Positions 1-10,089 of a DNA stretch of 64,000 nucleotides are shown in pieces; the first letter of the stretch is position 1, and each line of letters opens with the position of its first letter. The notes under the pieces are model-generated. The model ran no database searches. It was not told the origin of the DNA and saw nothing but the letters and a program-made list of their open reading frames with translations. This DNA comes from an uncultured Gemmatimonadales bacterium (GTDB taxonomy: Bacteria > Gemmatimonadota > Gemmatimonadetes > Gemmatimonadales > GWC2-71-9), in NCBI GenBank assembly GCA_963798915.1, contig CAWCVB010000003.1, forward strand, positions 120,282 to 184,281, written 5' to 3'. Position numbers and translations under genes: made by a program.

Positions 1-174
1 GAGAAACCGAGCGATAGCCCGAACGACCTCGTCGGGCGCCTCTGCATAACCCTGGTGAAGGCGAAGGACACCGTCACGGAAAGTCAGCAGCACAACCCGG
101 TTCCGGTGCAGCTCAATGCGCAGGACGGACCGGAGGCCCAGGCGATGGAGGCGTTGATGAAACTCTGAGATCAT
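1..174 (-). CDS. N-terminal part of a hypothetical protein, possibly SprT-like (runs off the window)
   Basis: Own translation from ATG 174: MISEFHQRLHRLGLRSVLRIELHRNRVVLLTFRDGVLRLHQGYAEAPDEVVRAIARFL; open to window edge; same strand as the upstream gene. Confidence 0.45.
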   Translation of the reverse strand, partial: MISEFHQRLHRLGLRSVLRIELHRNRVVLLTFRDGVLRLHQGYAEAPDEVVRAIARFL

Positions 175-220
175 GGATCGCGGCTCGCAGCTCGACCCTT
201 ACCAGTCGCCACACGCGACA

Positions 221-260
221 CCTGCCCGCCCTGCCCGTCTCGCCCGTCTCGCCCGTCCTG
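221..260. repeat. 9-nt tandem repeat (CCTGCCCGY/CTCGCCCGT) x4
   Basis: cctgcccgc cctgcccgt ctcgcccgt ctcgcccgt; related units at 5441-5480, 21822-21850, 22098-22133, 24598-24633. Confidence 0.75.
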
Positions 261-1124
261 TCACAGCGCCCCGCCGCCGCCCGCCACCGAGACCGCCGCC
301 TCGCCCCGCCGCCTTGCGAAGCTGTGCTTGTCGGACGGCACGAAGCGCCGTTCCTCCGATTCCCACCGGTAGTGCTGGATCTCCACACTCGTGGGCTTGA
401 TGCGCACTACGTTGAAGACGCTGGGGCGCCCGCCCCTGGTGCGCGAGGTATGGGTACCGGCCGTACTGATGGCGACGACATTGCCCACCTGCCCGGCACC
501 TTCCTGGTGATCGTGGCCGCACAGCACCACATCAGCTCCGGTTTCGGCGATCCGATGCTGGGCGTCGGCGTAGTGGGCCAGGCCCATCCGCTCCGAGATG
601 CCGCCCCGCAGGACGTTATGGTGCATCACCAGCACCCGCGCCGCGGCCGCAGGCGCCTGCGCAAAGATGGCCTGGACCCGCACGGTCTCGGAGCGCGGCA
701 GATGCCCCTTGACCGCCAGGTCTCGCAGGTTCCACGTCAGCGACCCCGGCGCCACACCCCATGCCGTGAGGGCGCCTGCGAGCACCGCGCCGGGAATTTC
801 CAGCACGGGAGTGAGATCTGCCCCGAACCAGCGACGATACTTGGTATAGAGCCGCTCGGTGCCGAGGAGATGCATGGGGCTTTTCCACCACTGCACATCG
901 TGATTGCCTGGGACCACCATCGTTGGCGCGACGGTGTTCAGTCGCCTGAGCAGCCCGTGCGCCGCCTGGAATTCGCCATGGCGGGCACGTTGGGACAGAT
1001 CGCCGGACAGCACAATTGCGGCAGGCCGCACCGTCGCCGCCTCGGCCTCGATGGCCTCGAGCTGGTCGAGCTGGGCGTCCACGCCATAGTGGACGTCCGA
1101 GATATGCAGCAGGGTGAGCGTCAC
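261..1124 (-). CDS. Calcineurin-like metallophosphoesterase (Icc/CpdA-like)
   Basis: Motifs HISDVH, SGDL, PGNHD, HH, GHDH; GTG start overlaps the upstream TGA. Confidence 0.9.
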   Translation of the reverse strand: MTLTLLHISDVHYGVDAQLDQLEAIEAEAATVRPAAIVLSGDLSQRARHGEFQAAHGLLRRLNTVAPTMVVPGNHDVQWWKSPMHLLGTERLYTKYRRWFGADLTPVLEIPGAVLAGALTAWGVAPGSLTWNLRDLAVKGHLPRSETVRVQAIFAQAPAAAARVLVMHHNVLRGGISERMGLAHYADAQHRIAETGADVVLCGHDHQEGAGQVGNVVAISTAGTHTSRTRGGRPSVFNVVRIKPTSVEIQHYRWESEERRFVPSDKHSFARRRGEAAVSVAGGGGAL

Positions 1125-2506
1125 CAGACCGCCCGGACACGGTAGGTCAGGCTCGCCTCGCCGGCGGCCGGCACCTTGACGGTGAAGCGGGTGACGGTTG
1201 ATGAGATTTTCTCCGCCGGCACCGAGCTCGACACGATGGACCACTCGCCAGCCCGTCGCTCCTCCACCACCACCGTCACCGCGGAATCAGTGGCGTTGGT
1301 GAGCGTCACCCGGTAGTCGGCCGTTGCCGAGGTCCGCCAGGTGCCGCGGGTGCTGTCGCGTCGCGAGGTGTAGGAGGTCTGCACCCGCTTGGCGGTAAGG
1401 TCAAAGGCGGTACCGGCATTGAGGCGAAGGTTTTCGCCCGCCGGCGTGTGATCGACCGAGGCCTCCCCCACCAGCTGGAGCCGGCCCGCATCGTCGGCCT
1501 GGTAGATCCGGCCCGTTCCCGCCGGGAGCGGGACGTCGCCGAAGGGCGTCTTCCGCTTGCGCTCAAGGGTATAGCTGATCTCGACCGGCACGTCGCCTTC
1601 ATCGCCGGTCTGGGGCAGGTATCCCCAATACGGTACCGATCCCCGGACCAGGAACATCTTCTGGTATCCCGGCGTCGCCGGCTGGAAGATCGAGACCAGC
1701 GTGGTCTGCCCGGGCTTGAGCGACACCTTGCCCTGCAGCGTGTACAGGTGAAACTCGCCGACCCGTTGCTCGGCGGCTCCGACCGACTCCTGGCTCTTGG
1801 CCACGGCCATGTCGCGCGCGGCGTAGAGCGGGCGCGGAGGCGCGGCCGGATTGGCCCGCCCCACATCGCCCGCGAGGAGCTGCACGTCCGCATCGTTCAC
1901 CATGAGTGCATTGGAATTGAGCGCGGCGGTGCCGGAGACCCGGGCGGAGGTCTTGTCGAGAACGACCGCATAGCTCGCGCTCCACTGCGCGCCCTGCGTG
2001 AAGTAACCCAGCCGGAGCTGGTCCCGGGCAGCCACGCTGCTGAGGTCGAGCGACAGGGTCGGCTCGCCACCGGCCAGCTCGGCGGGGTAGAGCGCCCGAC
2101 CGGGCATGGAGAAAGTGATGGACCCATCGGCCAGCTTGAGCCGAAGCGGGTCCACGCTCAGCACGGTGGCGCGGACCGTGTCGCTGACGGCACCGTCCGC
2201 ACCGGGCCGGACCGTCACGAACCGGAGCTCGCGTCCCACCGAGCGCCGAATAACGCTCTCCTCCGAGAGCAGCCCGTCGAACATGGCGCGGGTGATCGTG
2301 ACATCAGGGTCGAGCGGAAAGACGGAGGCCGCATCGGCCGCGCCGATGGTCACGGCAGCATGCGACGCGCCAGCTGGTACTTTGACGTTGAATGCCTGTC
2401 GCATCAGCACTCGGCCATCGTTGTAGATCGTGAGACTCTGCTGGGCCGGGAGCGGAGCTACAGCGGTCAGCAGGAGTGCGGCAAGAGACCAGCGCACGTG
2501 CGGCAT
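1121..2506 (-). CDS. DUF4139 domain-containing secreted protein
   Basis: Signal peptide then LTIYNDG; WSASY, EFHLYTL and LPAGTGRIY segments typical of DUF4139/DUF4140 proteins. Confidence 0.8.
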   Translation of the reverse strand: MPHVRWSLAALLLTAVAPLPAQQSLTIYNDGRVLMRQAFNVKVPAGASHAAVTIGAADAASVFPLDPDVTITRAMFDGLLSEESVIRRSVGRELRFVTVRPGADGAVSDTVRATVLSVDPLRLKLADGSITFSMPGRALYPAELAGGEPTLSLDLSSVAARDQLRLGYFTQGAQWSASYAVVLDKTSARVSGTAALNSNALMVNDADVQLLAGDVGRANPAAPPRPLYAARDMAVAKSQESVGAAEQRVGEFHLYTLQGKVSLKPGQTTLVSIFQPATPGYQKMFLVRGSVPYWGYLPQTGDEGDVPVEISYTLERKRKTPFGDVPLPAGTGRIYQADDAGRLQLVGEASVDHTPAGENLRLNAGTAFDLTAKRVQTSYTSRRDSTRGTWRTSATADYRVTLTNATDSAVTVVVEERRAGEWSIVSSSVPAEKISSTVTRFTVKVPAAGEASLTYRVRAVW

Positions 2507-2523
2507 GGAAACCTCGGATCGCC

Positions 2524-2817
2524 TCAGTCGGGCAGGTGCCGCATCAGGACACCGAACGCGACCTTGCGCGTGACAAAATAGATGACGATGACGCCGGCCG
2601 CGAGCCAGAGCCGGCCGGTCTGCGAGAGCGGGCCGCGGCTGACCGTATAGAAGGCCACACCCGCGGTGACCGCGAGGGAGATGAACCGGGCGTACCGACT
2701 TGCACGCAGGGAGCGTTGGCGCAGACAATCGGGGCAGAGGTCACCGAACCCGATACCCTTGACGAACGTCCCACAGCGGGCGCAGGGAACCTCAGCGAAG
2801 CCGCTGGGCAACTGCAT
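2524..2817 (-). CDS. Small membrane protein with Zn-ribbon-like cysteines
   Basis: CARC...CPDC followed by two hydrophobic helices; lies between icd and the DUF4139 gene. Confidence 0.65.
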   Translation of the reverse strand: MQLPSGFAEVPCARCGTFVKGIGFGDLCPDCLRQRSLRASRYARFISLAVTAGVAFYTVSRGPLSQTGRLWLAAGVIVIYFVTRKVAFGVLMRHLPD

Positions 2818-3808
2818 CGCCGAACTCCCGGGTGGATGCAGATCCACCGAGATCACGGGTGCGGACGTTGTCGGCGACGATCACCGTCTCCACCGCCGCC
2901 CTGAGGCGCCGGGACCGATCCGCCTCGCCGAGATGATCCAGCATCATCGCGCCCGCGAGGATGAGCGCCGATGGATTGGCCACGCCCTTGCCGGCGATGT
3001 CGGGTGCGCTGCCGTGCACCGCCTCGAAGATGGCAGCATCCGGGCCGATATTGGCGCCCGGTGCCAGCCCCAACCCGCCAGCCAGCCCGGAGATCAGATC
3101 GCTCAGGATGTCACCGAACATGTTCGTCGTCACGATCACATCGAACTGCTCGGGCCGCATCACCAGCTGCATGGCGGCATTGTCGATGATCAGGTCGTTG
3201 GAGTCGATCCGGCCCCGGTATTCCTGGCCGATCTTGCGCGCCGAGTCGAGGAACAGGCCGCTCACCGCCTTGAGAATGTTGGCCTTGTGCACGAAGGTCA
3301 CCTTCTTCCGCCCATGGGCCAGGGCGTAGTCGAAGGCATAGCGGACGATCCGCTCGCACCCGATCCGGGTCACGATGGCAAGCGACTCCGCCACAGCCCG
3401 GGGGTCGTCGCCGACCGGAACGTAATGTTCCACGCCAACGTAGAGTCCCTCGAGGTTCTCCCGCACCAGCACGATATCGACGTGGTCGAATCTTCCGCCC
3501 GGAACAATCGTGCGGGTCGGCCGGACGTTGGCATATAGCTGGAACTCCCGCCGAAGCTCCACGTTGACCGAGCGATAGCCCTCGCCTACCGGCGTCGTGA
3601 GCGGGCCCTTCAGGGCCAGCCCGGTGCGCCGGAGGCTCGCGACCGTCGCTTCCGGCAGGGGAGTTCCCTCCGCCGCCACCGCCGCCATGCCGCCAAGCTG
3701 GCGGTCCCACTTGAAGCCTGCCCCGGTTGCCTCAAGCACCTTGACCGTGGCATCAGAGATTTCAGGGCCGATCCCGTCGCCGGGGATCAGGGTGACTTCA
3801 AAAGCCAT
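2792..3808 (-). CDS. icd: Isocitrate/isopropylmalate dehydrogenase family, NAD-dependent IDH-like
   Basis: IPGDGIGPEI, LKGPLTTP, RENLEGLY, HKANILK, NMFGDILSD, FEAVHGSAPDIAG. Confidence 0.85.
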   Translation of the reverse strand: MAFEVTLIPGDGIGPEISDATVKVLEATGAGFKWDRQLGGMAAVAAEGTPLPEATVASLRRTGLALKGPLTTPVGEGYRSVNVELRREFQLYANVRPTRTIVPGGRFDHVDIVLVRENLEGLYVGVEHYVPVGDDPRAVAESLAIVTRIGCERIVRYAFDYALAHGRKKVTFVHKANILKAVSGLFLDSARKIGQEYRGRIDSNDLIIDNAAMQLVMRPEQFDVIVTTNMFGDILSDLISGLAGGLGLAPGANIGPDAAIFEAVHGSAPDIAGKGVANPSALILAGAMMLDHLGEADRSRRLRAAVETVIVADNVRTRDLGGSASTREFGDAVAQRLR

Positions 3809-3817
3809 GCGGCAATC

Positions 3818-4438
3818 TCAGGGGAATACGGTGGCAGCGGCACGCTGTACCGCCAGGTCAGGAGAGGCACCACGGCCTACGGCAAGAGAGCGCCACACGA
3901 CCGTGGCACGCCGGACATCCACCAGCGCCAGCGAAAGATCGGCGCGCCAACTGCTATCGGGTTCGCGGGAGAAACCGATCGCAGCCGGCACCAGCACCAT
4001 CCGCCCACCGGCCAGCGCGACGAACTTGCGGAGCGGCGAGGCGAGCTGGTCCGGCACATCCTTGACGCGCTCATTCCGTAGCATCGCCTGGCCCATTTCG
4101 TCCGGGTCGGCCAGCATGCCACCGGCGCGACGGGAGATCTTTCTCAGCTCGGGCGGCAGCACCCAGTTGACCTCGGGCGAACGCGAGACCAGTTCAGCAT
4201 CCACCAGCGAGTCGGCACGCCGAAGCGCCGCCACTCGATCGGCCCACGGCTGCCAGGCGCTGTCCGCGGTCACAGCCGGGTCAGCTACCACATACGTGAT
4301 TGGCAGCATGGCAACCTTTTGCCCGAGCAGCGGCGTCACGTCGAGCTGGTGATTCTCGAACTTGCTGTGCTGGGCCGAGGCGGGCGAAGTGACCGCGAGC
4401 GTGAACGGGGCCAGGAGCAAGAAATAAGGGAGGCGCAT
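3818..4438 (-). CDS. Hypothetical secreted protein
   Basis: Signal peptide MRLPYFLLLAPFTLAVTSPASAQ; 206 aa with typical codon usage. Confidence 0.7.
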   Translation of the reverse strand: MRLPYFLLLAPFTLAVTSPASAQHSKFENHQLDVTPLLGQKVAMLPITYVVADPAVTADSAWQPWADRVAALRRADSLVDAELVSRSPEVNWVLPPELRKISRRAGGMLADPDEMGQAMLRNERVKDVPDQLASPLRKFVALAGGRMVLVPAAIGFSREPDSSWRADLSLALVDVRRATVVWRSLAVGRGASPDLAVQRAAATVFP

Positions 4439-4462
4439 GGGAGGGAATCTAACCGGTCGTCG

Positions 4463-4537
4463 GACGACCGAGGACCGACGACCGACGACCGACGACCGAC
4501 GACGGTCGACTTTCAAGTCATGACCGTCGACGGTCGC
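4463..4537. repeat. Heptamer tandem array (GACGACC) x6 plus degenerate units
   Basis: gacgacc gaggacc gacgacc gacgacc gacgacc gacgacg. Confidence 0.9.
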
Positions 4538-4538
4538 T

Positions 4539-5414
4539 CTACTCCAGCGAGATCCCCCCATCCACGACCAGCGTCTGGCCTGTGATGTGGCGGGCGGAAT
4601 CCGAGCAGAGAAAACTCACCACCCGGGCCACGTCTTCCGGTTCCGCGAGCCGGCCCAGGACGCTGTATTTCCGGGCCTTGTCCACCACCTCATCGGGCAG
4701 CATGCTCATCCGTTCGGTCCGGATGAAGCCCGGCGCAACCGCATTGACGTTGACATTGGCCGGTCCCAGCTCGACGGCGGCTGCCCGAGTCAGGCCTTCG
4801 ACGGCCGCCTTGCTGGCGGCGTAGTTGGCCACGCCGAAGCCGGGCCGGGAGGTCTGATGGGCGCTGACGTTCACGATCTTGCCCCAGCGCTGTTCGCGGA
4901 ACACCGGCGCCACCGACCGGATGCAGTTGAACGTGCCGGTGAGGTTGGTGTCCACCACCTCACGCCAGGCCTGCTCGGACAGTCGCCAGAGCGCGCCATC
5001 ATTCGCGATACCGGCATTGTTGACCAGAAAATGGACGGTTCCGTGCCTCTCCCTGACGGCCGCGACGAACGCCTCGACTGCCTGCCTGTCTCGCACGTCG
5101 CATTTGGCGGCAAAGATGCCGACGCCAAAGCTGCTGAGGGAAGTTTCGGTGAGGAGGGCCTGCTCGGTCACGTCCCGGCCCGGCAGGTTCACATAGCAGA
5201 AGGCCACGTTGCAGCCGAGCCGGGCAAACTCATGCGAGACCGCCCGGCCCAGGCCGGTGGCGCCTCCGGTGATGATGGCGGTCTTGCCGCGGAACCCCTT
5301 GGGCATGGTCGGCTGCGCCTGAGCCTGCGGCTCAGCCACGGCCGTGCCCCTGCTCTCGGGTGCGTCACCCTCCCAATCGGGCTGCTGGCCGAAGCCGAAT
5401 TTGGGTCGGTGCAT
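4539..5414 (-). CDS. SDR oxidoreductase, FabG-like
   Basis: TGGATGLG, NNAGI, YAASK, VNAVAPGFI, ITGQTLVVDGG. Confidence 0.9.
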   Translation of the reverse strand: MHRPKFGFGQQPDWEGDAPESRGTAVAEPQAQAQPTMPKGFRGKTAIITGGATGLGRAVSHEFARLGCNVAFCYVNLPGRDVTEQALLTETSLSSFGVGIFAAKCDVRDRQAVEAFVAAVRERHGTVHFLVNNAGIANDGALWRLSEQAWREVVDTNLTGTFNCIRSVAPVFREQRWGKIVNVSAHQTSRPGFGVANYAASKAAVEGLTRAAAVELGPANVNVNAVAPGFIRTERMSMLPDEVVDKARKYSVLGRLAEPEDVARVVSFLCSDSARHITGQTLVVDGGISLE

Positions 5415-5494
5415 GGGCTGAACGTACGGCGGCTCGGCAGGCCGGGCAAGGCGGGCAGGGCGGGCAGGACGGGCGGGCGGACAGTGAAGGACGC

Positions 5495-5527
5495 GAGACT
5501 CGAGACTCGGGACTCGGGACTCGGGCC
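5495..5527. repeat. Heptamer array (GRGACTC) x4
   Basis: gagactc gagactc gggactc gggactc. Confidence 0.85.
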
Positions 5528-5530
5528 CCA

Positions 5531-5590
5531 CGTCATTGCGTCGCCCTTCGTGCGGCCGCAGGCCGCACCTACACGGCGCTCGCAATGACG
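5531..5590. repeat. REP-like palindrome, GTCATTGCG family
   Basis: CGTCATTGCG...CGCAATGACG inverted ends with an internal hairpin. Confidence 0.75.
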
Positions 5591-5635
5591 CCGCGAGGCG
5601 AGTTTGGTTGACCGTCGACCGTCGACGCTCTTAGC

Positions 5636-6697
5636 TCAGAACGCCATCACAGCCTCGTCAGGACACCGATCCGGATGGAGCTGGTAGGATGTGACCGTCG
5701 TGGTGAGGCCACCCGCATCGGTGACGTACCGGTCGAGCAGGTAGAGCGTATCATGCCCGAAGGCAGGAACCGGAAGGACGTCGCCCGAGGCCGGCAGCGG
5801 AAGATCGACGCAGGCCTGGTGGGTCGCACGATTGAGAAGGGTGAGGTAGCTGCGCGGATTCACGATGGTCCGTGTCGACATGTCGAAATCCTGATCCCCA
5901 TGCACGAGCGCCACCCACCCCTTGCCGACATCGGCGGCGCCAAACATTCCGGAAGCCGCCGAGAACATGGCCGGGAAATCCTGCGCCTGTCGCAGCCGCT
6001 CGGCCAAGTCCAGTGGTGTCCCCCGCCGCACGCGCGCCGGTACCGTGAATGAATCCACCACTCTGCCGCCGGTGTGAAGCACACGCGCCCAGGCGTAGCC
6101 ATCGAGCAGCAGGAGCACCGAATCAGCCCAGGCCACGGCACGGCCGCTGGAGAAGACCCCGGTGAGCGAACTACCCTCGGTGAAGTCCGCCGGCACAGGC
6201 GCCATTGGCGTGAACGTATTGCCATGCCGGTCCCAGCGGAGCAGCGATGTCGCACGGCTGACATTGACTCCGGGAATCCATCCGGTGTCGCCTTCCATGA
6301 CCAGACTCTGCGGTGCTGAAGGTACGGTGATCGCGGTATCCGGCCTGCCGTTCAGGAACAGCGTAATGCGCTGCGCCATCATGTCGGCGACAGCGATCGT
6401 ATCGCCAGGAAGCTGGACAATGTCTACCGGGGCTTCAAACTCGCCAGGTCCTCGCCCGTGTCGTCCCACGGTTGCCAGGAACCGGCCATCGGGGTCGAAA
6501 TGCACTATCCGATCACTCCCATTGTCCGCGACGTACCACGAACCATCGCGGGCGTGCAGCAGCCGGATAACCCGTTCGATCGCCGCCGAATCGGGCTCGG
6601 CCAGGATCACGGCGGCGACGCTGTCGAGCGGGTTACCTGGCGCCCCCGCATGCTCCACCCCGTCCGGCGTGCCGCATGCCACGAGTGCACCGAGCAT
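5636..6697 (-). CDS. 6-bladed beta-propeller (NHL-like) lipoprotein
   Basis: Lipobox LVAC; YVADNGSDRIVHFDPDGRFLATVGRHGRGPGEFEAP; true start may lie further upstream. Confidence 0.8.
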   Translation of the reverse strand: MLGALVACGTPDGVEHAGAPGNPLDSVAAVILAEPDSAAIERVIRLLHARDGSWYVADNGSDRIVHFDPDGRFLATVGRHGRGPGEFEAPVDIVQLPGDTIAVADMMAQRITLFLNGRPDTAITVPSAPQSLVMEGDTGWIPGVNVSRATSLLRWDRHGNTFTPMAPVPADFTEGSSLTGVFSSGRAVAWADSVLLLLDGYAWARVLHTGGRVVDSFTVPARVRRGTPLDLAERLRQAQDFPAMFSAASGMFGAADVGKGWVALVHGDQDFDMSTRTIVNPRSYLTLLNRATHQACVDLPLPASGDVLPVPAFGHDTLYLLDRYVTDAGGLTTTVTSYQLHPDRCPDEAVMAF

Positions 6698-6813
6698 CAG
6701 CGTGAATGCAGTATTCCGTACCGGACCCCGTTGATGCGATGCCGGTCGTCTCAGCCGGTTGCCATACTCTACCCCATGCCCTCTTGCCTTTCTCTCGCGC
6801 CGAGCCGAGCGTT

Positions 6814-7383
6814 ATGGGTATGCCAGAGACTGCGGGACAGGAAACGCGGGACGCGAGACGCTGGAGCCGGAAGGCGGTGCTGGCCTTGCCGGATGACGGC
6901 AATCGCTACGAACTCATTGATGGCGAGCTGGTCGTGACGCCCGCGCCACGCGGTGCGCACCAGGTGATGGTGCGGGAACTCTTTCGCCTGCTGGACGGGT
7001 GCGCCCGTGCCATCGGCGGCGTGGAGGTCCTGTGGTCGCCCGCCGACATTTCCCTGGGCGAGGACGAAATCCTCCAGCCGGATCTGTTCGTCTATCGTAC
7101 GGCCGCTGGCAAGCCGCTCCGGGAGTGGCACGATATCGAAGCGCTGCTCCTGGTGGTCGAAGTACTCTCTCCCGCCACCGCCCGCTACGACCGCCAGCTC
7201 AAGCGGCGGCGTTACCAGCGCGCAAAGGTGCCCGAATACTGGATTGTGGATCTCGATGCCCGGCTCATCGAGCGCTGGCGGCCGGATGATGATCGCCCGG
7301 AAGTGCTGGCGGACCGAATTACCTGGATGCTCGAGCCCGGCGGCTCGCCATGCGACATCAATATCGCGGAGTTGTTCGCATAG
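6814..7383 (+). CDS. Uma2 family endonuclease
   Basis: RYELIDGELVVTPAP, QPDL, LVVEVLSP, KRRRY, VPEYWIVD. Confidence 0.92.
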   Translation: MGMPETAGQETRDARRWSRKAVLALPDDGNRYELIDGELVVTPAPRGAHQVMVRELFRLLDGCARAIGGVEVLWSPADISLGEDEILQPDLFVYRTAAGKPLREWHDIEALLLVVEVLSPATARYDRQLKRRRYQRAKVPEYWIVDLDARLIERWRPDDDRPEVLADRITWMLEPGGSPCDINIAELFA

Positions 7384-7384
7384 C

Positions 7385-8572
7385 TTATTCAATCAGCCCC
7401 AACGCCGCCTCCTCGATCCGATGCAGCCGGTCGGCCGATGCCGCCGGGTCGGCGCTGTTATCGGTATTCAGGACGGCAATGACCGCACGACCGGTGGCCG
7501 GATTGAGAAAGAGCAGCGAACGAAATCCCGCCTGATAGCCAGTGTGCCCCACGATCGTGCTGCCGTCGCGGTGATAGACGAAGAACCCCATTCCCATCCA
7601 GTTGTCCCGGCCAGCATTGTACTCATCGCCCGAGATACGGAACGTCGGTTGCCACATCGCGCGGAGCGCTGAGGCGGGGAGCAGCTTGCGTGACCACGCC
7701 GTGTCACCCTTCGCGATGGCCGAGAGCACCCCGATATATGTGGCGAGATCATGAAGCGGCGCATTCCAGCCACTGTTGGGCACCGTAATGCCGGGATCGA
7801 ACTCGCGCGGGTTGGCGACCGCCGAGTCCCGGCCCGAGGCGCTGTCGTGCTGGACGGTGTAGTTGCCGGAGCGGCGATCCGCCAGGTGCCAGGGCGAATG
7901 CCGGAAGAAACTCTCGGTGAGACCCAGCGGCTGGAAGATGTTCTTGTGCACATACGCTTCCCAGGGATCGCCGGTGACGCGTTCAATCACCTTGGCGAGG
8001 AAGACATAGCCGGGGTTCGAATAGCCGTAACGGGAGCCTGGCCGGAACCGCAGCGACATGTAGGGCATCATGCCAGCCAGCTGCGACCACTCCGTGGGCT
8101 CGAACGGCTCCCAGTTTTCGTAACGGCGCCATGGGAAGGTGGGATTCTGGAACCCGCTGGCGTGCGAGAGCAGCATCCGGATGGTGACGCTGTCCATCGC
8201 GCCGAAGGGATCGTGCACCTGTCGCAGCTCCGGCACGTACGTGACGATCGGGTCATCCAGCCCGATCAGATGCTGACCGACGAGCTGCATGATGGCAATC
8301 GCGGTGAGCGTCTTGGTGATGGAGCCATAGTGGAAGACGACGCCCGGTTCCACCCGCAGCCCCGATTCGCGATCCGCCAGGCCCTGATCATCCCGCGCGG
8401 TGATCTTCCCATTCTCCACCAGCACGGCGCTCCACCCCACAACGCCATCCGCACGGGCAAGCGAGTCAAGCTCGGTGGTGAAGCCCTGCCAGCGGCCGGC
8501 ATCGCCCTGCTTCTGCGCTCGAAGAGTGCTGGCTGACGTCAGCAGGAGAAAAGCAGCGGCGAGACAGCGCAT
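7385..8572 (-). CDS. Serine hydrolase, beta-lactamase class C-like
   Basis: SITK (SxxK), LLSHASG, YSN, GHTG; signal peptide. Confidence 0.9.
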   Translation of the reverse strand: MRCLAAAFLLLTSASTLRAQKQGDAGRWQGFTTELDSLARADGVVGWSAVLVENGKITARDDQGLADRESGLRVEPGVVFHYGSITKTLTAIAIMQLVGQHLIGLDDPIVTYVPELRQVHDPFGAMDSVTIRMLLSHASGFQNPTFPWRRYENWEPFEPTEWSQLAGMMPYMSLRFRPGSRYGYSNPGYVFLAKVIERVTGDPWEAYVHKNIFQPLGLTESFFRHSPWHLADRRSGNYTVQHDSASGRDSAVANPREFDPGITVPNSGWNAPLHDLATYIGVLSAIAKGDTAWSRKLLPASALRAMWQPTFRISGDEYNAGRDNWMGMGFFVYHRDGSTIVGHTGYQAGFRSLLFLNPATGRAVIAVLNTDNSADPAASADRLHRIEEAALGLIE

Positions 8573-8595
8573 GTGAACTCCGGATGGAAGGTCGT

Positions 8596-8648
8596 GGCTA
8601 GACGGCTAGACGGCTAGACGGCTAGACGGCTAGGCGGCGAGGCGGCTG
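8596..8648. repeat. Octamer array (GACGGCTA) x4 plus degenerate units
   Basis: Visible directly; related units at 19887-19916 and, inverted, at about 22330-22363. Confidence 0.9.
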
Positions 8649-8665
8649 CCGAAACTCGCCCATGC

Positions 8666-8834
8666 GTCATTGCGAGCATCCCGATGGGATGCGAAGCAAT
8701 CGGGTCGCCCGGTCGCGATCGTCGGCGGAGCTGGTCCGGCATGGGCCTGAGGATCACCGAAAGGCTGCAAGATTGCTTCGTCGGCGCCTGCGGGCGACGC
8801 AAGCGTCGCCCCTACGGCGCCTCCTCGCAATGAC
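8666..8834. repeat. REP doublet, GTCATTGCGAG...GAAGCAATC / GATTGCTTCG...CTCGCAATGAC
   Basis: Inverted pair with internal hairpins; same family at 48441-48530 and 15606-15635. Confidence 0.8.
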
Positions 8835-8854
8835 AGCGCGTGGCTGGCTTCCGT

Positions 8855-8927
8855 TGACGGTTGACCGTCGACCGTCGACCGTCGACCGTCGACTCACCCT
8901 CAGCCCTCAGCTTTCAGCCTTCAGCCC
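8855..8927. repeat. Heptamer arrays (GACCGTC)n and (TCAGCCT)n
   Basis: Second array overlaps the MFS stop codon. Confidence 0.85.
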
Positions 8928-10089
8928 CTACACCCAGCCACACCCCCGTTGCCAGCACCAGCGCGGCCGCCGAAGCGCCAAATGCTACCGCATTCCCTGC
9001 CCGCTGCATCAGCAACCCGAAGACCAGCGCCGCAGGCAGCGCCGCGACTCCGACCACGGCGTGATACGCGCCGAAGCCCCGACCCAGGCTGTTGGGTGAG
9101 AGGCGCGCGACCAGCGCCCGTTCGGCCGGCTCCGAAAAGCCGGCGACCAGCCCGAAACCCAGCATGACGGCAATCGCCAGCAGCTCGCTGAGATTGAACG
9201 CAAATCCGCTCATGACCAGCGCCGCGAGTACGCCGCCCACAGCCACGCTCCAGCGCCCACCGACCCGGTCGGTGAAGGCCCCGCCGGGGTAGCTGGCCGC
9301 CGTGCGGATCACGTGCAGCCCGGCCCACGCCAGCGGGACCACTGCCACCGGCACGCCGGCCTCCTGGATCCGCAGGAGGAGCAGCGCTTCCGGCATCCGC
9401 GCCAGTACCATGAAGGCCAGCGCCAGCACCGGGACCCAGAAGACCCGCCCGGTCGCCTCCGACCGTTCGGCGCGGGGCGCGTCCTGCCTGTGTACGCCGC
9501 GCAAGACGATCGCCAGCACCCCAAACGCCACCAGACCTGGCATCAGGCTGAGCTCAATGACACGGTGGACATCGGTGCCGCGCGAAAGCAGCGCCCAGGC
9601 GGCGAGCGACCCGAGCACGGCACCGAAGTGGTCGGCCGCGCGGTGGAATCCGAATGCCCGTCCCCTGGCCGCCGGCTGGGTCAGGTCGGCGATGAGGGCA
9701 TCCCGCGGCGGGGTGCGGAGCCCCTTCCCTACCCGGTCCACGACCCGGAATCCGACGACCTGCCAGGCGGCGCTGGCGACCGCGATGAGGGGCCGGATCA
9801 GCACGGCGCTGAGGTAGCCAGCCAGGATCAGCGGCTTGCGCCAGCCGGGGCGGTCCGAGAGCCGGCCGCTCACCCACTTGAGGGCCGCCGAGGTGAGGTC
9901 CGCCGCCCCATCCAGGGCGCCCAGGGCCACCGCCCCCCCGCCCAGACTGAGGACAAAGGCCGGGAGGACCGGGTAAACCATCTCGCTGGCAAAATCGTTA
10001 AATAATGAAACAAGTCCCAGACCGCGAACTTGCGGTGGCACGACCGACTCATCCCGCCCATCTCGGCCGTCGCGGCTATTTTCCGCCAT
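8914..10089 (-). CDS. MFS transporter
   Basis: About 12 hydrophobic segments; GRLSDRPG motif A; DRVGKGLRTPPRDALIAD. Confidence 0.9.
   Translation of the reverse strand: MAENSRDGRDGRDESVVPPQVRGLGLVSLFNDFASEMVYPVLPAFVLSLGGGAVALGALDGAADLTSAALKWVSGRLSDRPGWRKPLILAGYLSAVLIRPLIAVASAAWQVVGFRVVDRVGKGLRTPPRDALIADLTQPAARGRAFGFHRAADHFGAVLGSLAAWALLSRGTDVHRVIELSLMPGLVAFGVLAIVLRGVHRQDAPRAERSEATGRVFWVPVLALAFMVLARMPEALLLLRIQEAGVPVAVVPLAWAGLHVIRTAASYPGGAFTDRVGGRWSVAVGGVLAALVMSGFAFNLSELLAIAVMLGFGLVAGFSEPAERALVARLSPNSLGRGFGAYHAVVGVAALPAALVFGLLMQRAGNAVAFGASAAALVLATGVWLGVGAEG

Noticed and set aside
1..168. Plus-strand open frame ending at 168
   Set aside because: The minus-strand reading from ATG 174 looks more protein-like and matches operon direction
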